Positions 44,377-55,200 of a stretch of DNA of 64,000 bases are shown here, piece by piece. Source of the stretch: Nemertoderma westbladi (Eukaryota; Animalia; Xenacoelomorpha); the NCBI GenBank assembly GCA_032718475.1, contig JAUCBJ010007311.1, positions 1-64,000 of the forward strand. Direction: 5' to 3'. The notes beneath the pieces were generated by a model. It worked only from the letters and a program-made list of their open reading frames with translations. It had not been told where the DNA came from and did no database searches. Each line of letters starts with the position of its first letter. Within the stretch, counting starts at the first letter, position 1. A program made the translations under genes and the position numbers.

Positions 44377-44556
44377 GAACCTTCCCGCTGCACAGCAACT
44401 ATTTTTGAATATTATTGATTCCCAATTCCCAAGTTACAATCCTAAAGCTGTTAAATTCACTTAAGTAAAACATTTCTATTGAAGAACTACTTGTTTTTTT
44501 TTACATGTTATGTGGATGCGAGGCAATAGAGTTAACAGTCTGACTGACTGATTAAA

Positions 44557-44689
44557 TATAGACTGTTTTATAGACTGCTTTATAGACTGTTTTATAGACT
44601 GCTTTATAGACTGTTTTATAGACTGTTTTATAGACTGTTTTATAGACTGTTTTATAGACTGTTTTATAGACTTGTTTCAGAGACTGTTT
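44557..44689. repeat. 12-bp minisatellite (TATAGACTGTTT)n, left part
   Basis: About 11 copies; the array is interrupted at 44690 by the MITE and resumes at 45854. Confidence 0.92.
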
Positions 44690-45853
44690 GGATCTAGGAC
44701 ACTTCCCCCCCGGACACTTCCCCCCCGGACACTTCCCCCCCAGTTAAAGTGTTAAAATTAATCTGGGTGCATCAAAGCAATAATAAACAAAAGTTAAAGA
44801 TGGTTACAGGACATGTTGTATCTAGACAAGTTTTTTCAAAATTATAAAAGAAACATTTTTATAGTCAAATTTTGTTTGTTTTTCTTTTAATTCCTTTAAT
44901 TCTTTTAATTTCTTTTAATTGGGGGCTGCCGCCCCCAAACCCCTGCTTCTTTTGTTGGGGGCTACCGCCCCCAAACCCCCGCTTCTTTTCTTGGGGGCAG
45001 CCGCCCCCAAACCCCGGCATTTCCCTGAGTGCCCGTGGTGAGAGACTTAAGACCACTTTACAATAATTAATTCATGTTTGTATCATCAGATAATAAATTG
45101 ACTAAGCCTAAAGTAGGAGCTGTATTGAATGTTAACCAATTTAATATATAAATTACTACAATATTATACAATTCAACAAAATCCTATTAAAAATTTTGCA
45201 AGTAACCAGGAAATTTAATATGTAGTGTGTATAATATCTATATAGTATGTATAGTAGTAATATGTATATCAATATGTAATGCTGAACACAGAATACAGGT
45301 CGACGCATGTTGATTTTACCCTGGAGAGGTATAATTTTGATTGCAACAATAATATTCATCCCCATCTGCTACAATTTGAAGAAGACTATTACATAATAAT
45401 ACCTATAATTAAAACAATTAATTATTATAATTCTATAGTTAATAAAAACAGTATATCATTCCGGAGATGGAATTTATAGGTCATCTAATATAATTAATTG
45501 TTTAAAGATTAGCAAACAATACGATGTAATTGCATTGATAAAACCCATAAATAAAACTTGGATATAAAATGTAAAATCGGGATGCAAAAGATAACTTTCT
45601 GAGCTACGAAAGGAAAATTTGATACAACTTATCTGGATACAAGCGATCCGTTTACCTTACAAAATGAAAAATACGAATGTGCGAAGTTAAGAACAGTCGG
45701 GGGGGAAGTGTCCGCGGGGGGGAAGTGTCCGTGGGGGGGAAGTGTCTGGGGGGGAAGTGTCTGGGGGGGAAGTGTCCGGGGGGGAAGTGTCCTACTTGAG
45801 CGGGGGGGAACTGTCCGGGGGGGAAGTGTCCGGGGGGGAAGTGTCCGAACACC
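44690..45853. mobile_element. Non-autonomous DNA transposon (MITE) with foldback-type repetitive TIRs, MULE-like
   Basis: Left end GGATCTA+(GGACACTTCCCCCCC)x3. Right end is 9 copies of the reverse complement GGGGGGGAAGTGTCC+GAACACC. Flanked on both sides by GACTGTTT (44682-44689 and 45854-45861), a candidate 8-bp TSD. No transposase ORF inside. Superfamily assignment is inferred from architecture. Confidence 0.8.
44919..45016. repeat. 36-bp repeat x3 with GC-rich hairpins inside the MITE
   Basis: TTGGGGGC-N4-GCCCCCAA (8-bp stem, 4-nt loop) at 44919, 44955 and 44991. Confidence 0.88.
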
Positions 45854-45955
45854 GACTGTTTTATAGACTGTATTATAGACTGTTTTATAGACTGTTTTAT
45901 AGACTATTTTCTGTAGAGTTGTTGACTGTTTTCTGTAGAGAGAGACTATTTTCTG
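45854..45955. repeat. 12-bp minisatellite (TATAGACTGTTT)n, right part, decaying
   Basis: GACTGTTTTATAGACTGTATTATAGACTG... resumes directly after the MITE. Confidence 0.88.
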
Positions 45956-46033
45956 TTAACATCTAAATTTTAAAGCATTGAAGCTCATGTTAAAGCTAAA
46001 CCGCAGACAGTTTCCATGGAATCGCGTTATAAG

Positions 46034-46250
46034 TTATTCGGGTTTTCCATCAGCGCAACTCTTTTCTATTTTTCTTCCGAACACCTCCTGTAATGGACGG
46101 ACATTACCGCTTATATGATGAGGGTGGTCTCCTCCTGTAGTTAGCTCCCTCAGATCGGCTAGCTGCTGACTCCCGATATGGCGAGGCTTTGCGAGCACGG
46201 TCCAAACCACCACCTCGTTAAAACCAGGAGTTGTTAGACCTCCATTGTAC
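46034..46250 (-). CDS. alpha-carbonic anhydrase coding exon 4 (terminal)
   Basis: Acceptor CATTCCAG|G. Translates (R)YNGGLTTPGFNEVVVWTVLAKPRHIGSQQLADLRELTTGGDHPHHISGNVRPLQEVFGRKIEKSCADGKPE*, matching the alpha-CA GSLTTP and NxRPxQ motifs. Confidence 0.93.
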
Positions 46251-49200
46251 CTGGAATGGCGATTAAATGTGTTGTTATAGATAGGAGCATTGCATTTGTA
46301 TTGGGTGAGTTAAGGGTAGATAAAGTACCATCATAGTAAAATAGTACCAAGTACCATCATATAACCATACAAATGGCGGGGGTAGCTCATTTTGTTGAGT
46401 GCCGGGCCTGCAATCTAATGGTTACAGGTTCAGCCCCGCCAGTGTCCACTCAGCCTTTCATCCACTGGGGTCGATAAAATGAGTACCAGTTAAATAACTG
46501 GGAGCAAATCTTGGGATAGGAGGAGCGCCCGCCCCTACCCTCGGGTAGCAGGTAGGAGTAGCGCCCTCTCCTACCCTCGGGTAGCAGATAGTAGTAGCGC
46601 CCACCCTTACCTTAGTGTAGCAGATAGGAGTAGCGACACCCCTAAATTCGGGTAGAAGATAGGAGTAGCGCCCACCCCTACCATCGGGTAGCAGATAGGA
46701 GTAGCGCCCATCCTTACCTTCGGGTATCAGATAGGAGTAGCACCCACCCTTACCTTAGGGTAGCAGATAGGAGAAGCGAACCCCCTACCTTCGGGTAGCA
46801 GATAGGAGTAGCGCCCACCCCTACCTTCGGGTATCAGATAGGAGTAGCGCCCACCCCTACCTTCGGGTAGCAGATAGGAGTAGCGCCCACCCCTACCTTC
46901 GGGTATCAGATAGGAGTAGCGCCCATCCATACCTTCGGGAAGCAGATAGGAGTAGTGCCCACCCCTACCTTCGGGTATCAGATAGGAGTAGCGGCCACCC
47001 CTACCTTCGGGTAGCAGATAGGAGTAGCGCCCACCCCTACCTTCGGGTAGCAGATAGGAGTAGTGCCCACCCCTACCTTCGGGTAGCAGATAGGAGTAGT
47101 GCCCACCCATACCTTATGGTAGCAGAAGTTCCCAGGAATGTTAAGAATGCATGCTGATCCACTCCATCAGTAGCTGCTTGTAGATTGTGGTAGAAATTTT
47201 CCACCTCCTCTACAGGAGCAACACTAGTTGGAGAGTAGCACACAATCAGAACCACCTTAGGAAACTTCTTAGCCAGTCTTCCAGAACATGAAAAGTGGCA
47301 ACGGATGATGCGGTTAGAGATTTGGTCTATTTTGTCCAATGCTGCATGTGCAGTTCGGGTATCAGATAGGAGTAGCGCTCACCCTACCTTCGGGTAGCAG
47401 AAAGGAGTACCACCCACTCTTACCTTAGGGTAGCAGATAGGAGTAGCGATCCCCCTACCTTCGGGTAGCAGATAGGAGTAGCGATCCCCCTACCTTCAGG
47501 TATCAGATAGGAGTACCACCCACCCTTACCTTAGGGTAGCAGATAGGAGTAGCGATCCCCCTACCTTCGGGTATCAGATAGGAGTAGCGCCCATCCCTAC
47601 CTTCGGGTAGCAGATAGGAGTAGCGATCCCCCTACCTTCGGGTATCAGATAGGAGTAGCGCCCACCCCTACCTTCGGGTATCAGATAGGAGTAGCGCTCA
47701 CCCTACCTTCAGGTATCAGATAGGAGTACCACCCACCCTTACCTTAGGGTAGCAGATAGGAGTAGCGATCCCCCTACCTTCGGGTATCAGATAGGAGTAG
47801 CGCCCATCCCTACCTTCGGGTAGCAGATAGGAGTAGCGATCCCCCTACCTTCGGGTATCAGATAGGAGTAGCGCCCACCCCTACCTTCAGGTATCAGATA
47901 GGAGTACCACCCACCCTTACCTTAGGGTAGCAGATAGGAGTAGCGATCCCCCTACCTTCGGGTATCAGATAGGAGTAGCGCCCACCCCTACCTTCGGGTA
48001 GCAGATAGGAGTAGCGCCCACCCTACCTTCGGGTAGCAGATAGGAGTAGCGCCCATCCCTACCTTCGGGTATCAGATAGGAGTAGCGCCCACCGCTACCT
48101 TTGGGTAGCAGATAGGAGTAGCGCCCACCGCTACCTTTGGGTAGCAGATAGGAGTAGCGCCCACCCCTACCTTCGGGTAGCAGATAGGAGTAGCGCCCAC
48201 CCCTACCTTCGGGTATCAGATAGGAGTAGCGCTCACCCTACCTTCGGGTAGCAGATAGGAGTAGCGCCCATCCCTACCTTCGGGTATCAGATAGGAGTAG
48301 CGCCCACCGCTACCTTTGGGTAGCAGATAGGAGTAGCGCCCACCGCTACCTTTGGGTAGCAGATAGGAGTAGCGCCCACCCCTACCTTCGGGTAGCAGAT
48401 AGGAGTAGCGCCCACCCCTACCTTCGGGTATCAGATAGGAGTAGCGCTCACCCTACCTTCGGGTAGCAGATAGGAGTACCACCCACCCTTACCTTAGGGT
48501 AGCAGATAGGAGTAGCGATCCCCCTACCTTCGGGTAGCAGATAGGAGTAGCGATCCCCCTACCTTCAGGTATCAGATAGGAGTAGCGCCCCTCCCTACCT
48601 TCGGGTAGCAGATAGGAGTAGCGCCTACCCCTACCTTATGGTAGCAGATAGGAGTAGAGATCCCCCTACCTTCGGGTATCAGATAGGAGTACCACCCACC
48701 CTTACCTTAGGGTAGCAGATAGGAGTAGCGATCCCCCTACCTTCGGGTATCAGAAAGGAGTAGCGCCCATCCCTACCTTCGGGTAGCAGATAGGAGTAGC
48801 GCCCCTCCCTACCTTCGGGTAGCAGATAGGAGTGGCGCCTACCCCTACCTTATGGTAGCAGATAGGAGTAGAGATCCCCCTACCTTCAAGTAGCAGATAG
48901 GAGTAGCACCCACCCTACCTTCGGGTAGCAGATAGGAGTAGCGCCCACCCCTACCTTCGGGTATCAGATAGGAGTAGCGCCCACCCATACCTTATGGTAG
49001 CAGATAGGAGTAGCGATCCCCCTAGATAGGAGTAGCGCCCATCCCTACCTTCGGGTGCAGATAGGAGTAGCGCCCACCCCTACCTTCGGGTAGCAGATAG
49101 GAGTAGCGCCAACCCCTACCTTCGGGGAGCAGATAGAAGTAGCGCCCATCCCTAACTTCGGGTAGCAGATAGGAGTAGCGCCCACCCTACCTTCGGGTAG

Positions 49201-52200
49201 CAGATAACAGTAGCGCCCATCCCTACCTTCGGGTGCAGATAGGAGTAGCGATCCTCCTACCTTCGGATAGCAGATGATAGGAGTAGCGCCACCCCTACCC
49301 TCGGGTAGCAGATAGGAGTAGCGCCCACCCCTACCTTCGGGTAGCAGATAGGAGTAGCGCCTACCCCTACCCTCGGGTAGCAGATAGGAGTAGCGCCCAC
49401 CCCTACCTTTGGGTAGCAGATAGGAGTAGCGCCCACCCATACCTTATGGTAGCAGATAGGAGTAGCGCCCATTCCTACCTTCGGGTAGCAGATAGGAGTA
49501 GCGCCCATCCCTACCTTCGGGAAGCAGATAGGAGTAGCGACCCCCCTACCTTCGGGTAGCAGATAGGAGTAGCGCCCATCCCTACCTTCGGGTAGCAGAT
49601 AGGAGTAGCGCCCATTCCTACCTTCGGGTAGCAGATAGGAGTAGCGCCCATCCCTACCTTCGGGAAGCAGATAGGAGTAGCGACCCCCCTACCTTCGGGT
49701 AGCAGATAGGAGTAGCGCCCATCCCTACCTTCGGGTAGCAGATAGGAGTAACGCCCACCCTACCTTCGGGTAGCAGATAAGAGTAGCGCCCATCCCTACC
49801 TTCGGGTAGCAGATAGGAGTAGCGCCCACCCTACCTTCGGGTAGCAGATAAGAGTAGCGCCCATCCCTACCTTCGGGTGCAGATAGGAGTAGCGATCCCC
49901 CTACCTTTGGGTAGCAGATGATAGGAGTAGCGCCACCTCTACCCTCGGGTAGCAGATAGGAGTAGCGCCCACCCCTACCTTCGGGTAGCAGATAGGAGTA
50001 GCGCCCACCCCTACCTTCGGGTAGCAGATAGGAGTAGCGCACATCCCTACCTTCGGGTAGCAGATAGGAGTAGCGCCCACCCCTACCTTCGGGTAGCAGA
50101 TAGGAGTGGCGCCCACCCCTACCTTCGGGTAGCAGATAGGAGTGGCGCCCACCCCTACCTTCGGGTAGCAGATAGGAGTAGCGCCACCCCTACCTTCGGG
50201 TAGCAGATAGGAGTGGCGCCCACCCCTACCTTCGGGTAGCAGATAGGAGTAGCGCCCATCTCCCATACCTACCTTCGGGTAGCAGATAGGAGTAGCGCCC
50301 ATCTCCCATACCTACCTTCGGGTTGCAGTTATCGAAGAGGAACCTTCGGGTCGCCACCGGCTTTGGCCGACTGTTGATTTGCTTTTTTATAGAACCATTG
50401 TTCTTGCAATTGGGACTGAAGGGGTTATAATAGAACCATTGTACTTGTATTGGGGAGTTAAGTGTTGTATACCTGTAATATTGGGAATCTTGTCCAACCA
50501 GTAACTTATTGAGTTGTACATCCTCCGAGAGTAGAACTTTAGAGTTCTCATCAATGAGCTCCTTTGCGTGGCCCAGGATGGGAGCGATTACTTCGTTATT
50601 ATCGTCACTTTCCTACGGCGAAACATTATTTTAGTACAAATTAGAAAACTGTTTCAAATCTCCGAGAATGAGGAGATATACTTTAATATCTATTACTACT
50701 AGGTTGAGCGAACTCGGGCAGTGGAAATGATATCCTTCCAGGCTTCCCGATTCTCCATAGTTGTCGCAATTTCGTTTCTCCCAAGTTCAGTATCCCTTTC
50801 AAGTTGATCTATATATGTTATGGCCGGTCGTCCACGACTACGCTTTCCATGAGTTGGTTGCCAGAAAAGTAGATCTGGTATGACTTCGTCTTTACTTCGC
50901 CAGCAGTGCCCACTGAATCTTAATCTGCGTTCACGGAGGGTGGTTGATACAGGTGGTATTGTACCATAAAGCTCGGCGTTTGTCATGTGTTGTCTCCAGC
51001 TGATGTTTAGGGCTGCCCTTAGTAGTCTTGTGTAGCAACCATCAATTCGTTGTTCAAGTGATTTCGTCAATGTCCATAGCTTCCATATTAATTACTTACC
51101 TCGAATACAAAGCCTACGACCGCCAGGCCGTTGGGTTTCTCCAACGCTTGGTCCATTGTCAGCCCCTTCTGTTTGCACACGATGTGCATTTCGGCGACGT
51201 ATTTGTGGCCGTTTATGTCATGTTCGGACCCATCGTTGCTTCCGACTCCCCAATGGAAATGAACGTTGTACGCTTGGTAGTTACCAGGGAGACTGCCCCC
51301 TATTACGTCTACGTAATTGCTCTCATCGCCAATTTGTACCTGGGAGACATTTTTTACCGGAATTTAAGTCTCAATTCTGCATTTTACTATACTGATGTTT
51401 GTATGAACAACAGACCTACTTATTGGGGTATTAACATGTTTTAAATTTGAAAGGTTTTTTTAGTTAATAAATAAATGAGTAAAACGGGTTTAAAAAACTT
51501 ACTGGGGTATTACTGTCCTGTACTTACTGGGGTATTACTGTCCTGTACTTACTGGGGTATTACTGTCCTGTACTTACTGGGGTATTACTGTCCTGTACTT
51601 ACTGGGGTATTTCTGTCCTGTACTTACTGGGTTATTACTGTCCTGTACTTACTGGGGTATTACTGTCCTGAACTTACTGGGGTATTACTGTCCGGTACTT
51701 ACTGGGGTATTACTGTCCTGTACTTACTCGGGTATTACTGTCCTGTACTTACTGGGGTATTACTGTCCTGTACTTACTGGGGTATTACTGTCCTGTACTT
51801 ACTGGGGTATTACTGTCCTGTACTTACTGGGGTATTACTGTCCTGTACTTACTGGGTTATTACTGTCCTGTACTTACTGGGGTATTACTGTCCTGTACTT
51901 ACTGGGGTATTACTATCCTGTACTTACTGGGGTATTACTGTCCTGTACTTACTGGGGTATTACTATCCTGTACTTACTGGGGTATTACTGTCCTGTACTT
52001 ACTGGGGTATTACTATCCTGTACTTACTGGGGTATTACTGTCCTGTACTTACTGGGGTATTACTATCCTGTACTTACTGGGGTATTACTGTCCTGTACTT
52101 ACTGGGGTATTACTGTCCTGTACTTACTGGTGTATTACTGTCCTGTACTTACTGGTGTATTACTGTCCTGTACTTACTGGGGTATTACTGTCCTGTACTT

Positions 52201-55200
52201 ACTGGGGTATTACTGTCCTGTACTTACTGGGGTATTACTGTCCTGTACTTACTGGGGTATTACTGTCCTGTACTTACGGTGTATTATTGTCCTGAACTTA
52301 CTGGGGTATTACTGTCCTGAACTTACTGGGGTATTACTGTCCTGTACTTACTGGGGTATTACTGCCCTGTACTTACTGGTTTATTACTGTCCTGTACTTA
52401 CTGGGGTATTACTGTCCTGTACTTACTGGTTTATTACTGTCCTGTACTTACTGGTGTATTACTGTCCTGTACTTACTGGGGTATTACTGTCCTGTACTTA
52501 CTGGGGTATTACTGTCCTGTACTTACTGGTGTATTACTGTCCTGTACTTACTGGGGTATTACTATCCTGTACTTACTGGGGTATTACTGTCCTGTACTTA
52601 CTGGGGTATTACTGTCCTGTACTTACTGGGGTATTACTGTCCTGTACTTACTGGGGTATTACTGTCCTGTACTTACTGGGGTATTACTGTCCTGTACTTA
52701 CTGGGTTATTTCTGTCCTGTACTTACTGGGGTATTACTATCCTGTACTTACTGGGGTATTACTGTCCTGTACTTACTGGGGTATTACTGTCCTGTACTTA
52801 CTGGGTTATTTCTGTCCTGTACTTACTGGGGTATTACTATCCTGTACTTACTGGGGTATTACTGTCCTGTACTTACTGGGGTATTACTGTCCTGTACTTA
52901 CTGGTGTATTACTGTCCTGTACTTACTGGGGTATTACTGTCCTGTACTTACTGGGGTATTACTGTCCTGTACTTACTGGGTTATTTCTGTCCTGTACTTA
53001 CTGGGGTATTACTATCCTGTACTTACTGGGGTATTACTGTCCTGTACTTACTGGGGTATTACTGTCCTGTACTTACTGGGGTATTACTATCCTGTACTTA
53101 CTGGGGTATTACTGTCCTGTACTTACTGGGGTATTACTGTCCTGTACTTACTGGGTTATTTCTGTCCTGTACTTACTGGGGTATTACTATCCTGTACTTA
53201 CTGGGGTATTACTGTCCTGTACTTACTGGGGTATTACTGTCCTGTACTTACTGGGTTATTTCTGTCCTGTACTTACTGGGGTATTACTATCCTGTACTTA
53301 CTGGGGTATTACTGTCCTGTACTTACTGGTGTATTACTGTCCTGTACTTACTGGGTTATTTCTGTCCTGTACTTACTGGGGTATTACTGTCCTGTACTTA
53401 CTGGGGTATTACTGTCCTGTACTTACTGGGGTATTACTGTCCTGTACTTACTGGGGTATTACTGTCCTGTACTTACTGGTGTATTACTGTCCTGTACTTA
53501 CTGGGTTATTTCTGTCCTGTACTTACTGGGGTATTACTATCCTGTACTTACTGGGGTATTACTGTCCTGTACTTACTGGTGTATTACTGTCCTGTACTTA
53601 CTGGGTTATTTCTGTCCTGTACTTACTGGGGTATTACTGTCCTGTACTTACTGGGGTATTACTGTCCTGTACTTACTGGGTTATTTCTGTCCTGTACTTA
53701 CTGGGGTATTACTATCCTGTACTTACTGGGGTATTACTGTCCTGTACTTACTGGGGTATTACTGTCCTGTACTTACTGGGTTATTTCTGTCCTGTACTTA
53801 CTGGGGTATTACTATCCTGTACTTACTGGGGTATTACTGTCCTGTACTTACTGGGGTATTACTGTCCTGTACTTACTGGGGTATTACTGTCCTGTACTTA
53901 CTGGGGTATTACTGTCCTGTACTTACTGGGTTATTTCTGTCCTGTACTTACTGGGGTATTACTGTCCTGTACTTACTGGGGTATTACTGTCCTGTACTTA
54001 CTGGGTTATTTCTGTCCTGTACTTACTGGGGTATTACTGTCCTGTACTTACTGGGTATTACTGTCCTGTACTTACTGGGGTATTACTGTCCTGTACTTAC
54101 TGGTGTATTACTGTCCTGTACTTACTGGGGTATTACTGTCCTGTACTTACTGGGGTATTACTGTCCTGTACTTACTGGGGTATTACTGTCCTGTACTTAC
54201 TGGTGTATTACTGTCCTGTACTTACTGGGGTATTACTGTCCTGTACTTACTGGGGTATTACTGTCCTGTACTTTCTGGTAATATTTGCACAAAGTGTGTG
54301 ATTTATGACAAAAAGTATGTATAATTTTGGTATATATAAATTTAAATTTAATTAAAACTTTGATTACAATGTACCCGTATATTCCCTTTTGCTCTTGACA
54401 TTCGTTTCGGTTGCCCTGAGTTACATACAGTATACAATACATTCCACTGTTAATTTTAGCCAAATTATTATTGAAAAAAAGGTTATTTCTTTTTTATTTT
54501 TATTTTAAACTTGTCTTCCATTGTTAGGGATTGTTATATTATAAGTTATTATGTCTTGGATTGAGTAGTACTGAAATTATTGTATTGTTTATTATTAGTT
54601 TAATAATATACTTCATAGGTTACAAATTGCACATAAGTATAAAAAAAATATATAATTACGTATTACATAAAAACAAACGTATTACATAAAAACAAATAGC
54701 TTTCAACCTTATGGCGCACCTTGATGTATAAAATTATACATCTCGTAGTCGGAGAGAAAAAAGGGAAAAAGGACATTTATTCTACATCTAATAATTTATA
54801 GATAAGATTCAATATTTACATTTTTTAAACTTTTTAAATTAAACCTTTAATGAATGTTTACTATGCCTAACTTTATTACTATGCCTAACTTTAATATAAA
54901 CCTTTTTTTAGTTATACCTAACTTTATTACTATCTAAACTTTACTTTGAATTATGCCTATCATTTTACTATAATATAAATAATCAAAAATATGTCTAATT
55001 TAAATATAAATATTAACTTTACTTTCATTATACCGGTAGTAACAGCTCCTTTACCTTTATCCCGTGTCCATAGTTTTGGACATAGGTCCCCTCCGACGGA
55101 CAGATTGTCGGTAACAAAAACGGTCGCAGTTTGCAGACCGACTCCGCGTCGGCATCCACTATATCAATGGGTGATTGACGATGTCCTTCCCCGTAGGCTA

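Larger units (their letters stand above)
46375..50388 (+). mobile_element. tRNA-derived SINE with internal tandem expansion (head 46375-~46515, tail ~50325-50388)
   Basis: Head with A-box-like TAGCTCATTTTG (46383) and B-box-like GGTTCAGCCC (46427). Central block CCACTCAGCCTTTCATCCACTGGGGTCGATAAAATGAGTACCAG resembles, from recall, a conserved metazoan SINE domain. Unique sequence resumes after the array with GAACCTTCGGGTCGCCACCGGCTTTGGCCGAC and ends in a T-run. Confidence 0.78.

Noticed and set aside
44865-45966. Short Pro/Gly-rich ORFs (GHFPP, GGEVS, WGLPPPNP)
   Set aside because: They are translations of MITE terminal and internal repeats.
46375-46445. Functional tRNA gene
   Set aside because: The D-loop GG is lost, the anticodon stem pairs poorly, and the sequence continues into a SINE-like body.
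46727-50302. GRYSYLLPEGRG / GATPICYPKV repeat ORFs
   Set aside because: They are products of the 36-bp array, broken by frequent indels, with no domain content.
47127-51088. The two RTE-like fragments as one interrupted LINE
   Set aside because: Their order is reversed for a minus-strand element, and an intact CA exon lies between them.
51028-51444. 138-aa and 79-aa plus-strand ORFs
   Set aside because: They are antisense shadows of CA exon 2, which carries the real motifs on the minus strand.
51475-54324. 281-, 723- and 331-aa Cys/Tyr/Leu-rich ORFs
   Set aside because: They are translations of a stop-free 25-bp repeat, give the same peptide cycle in all frames, and lie antisense within a CA intron.
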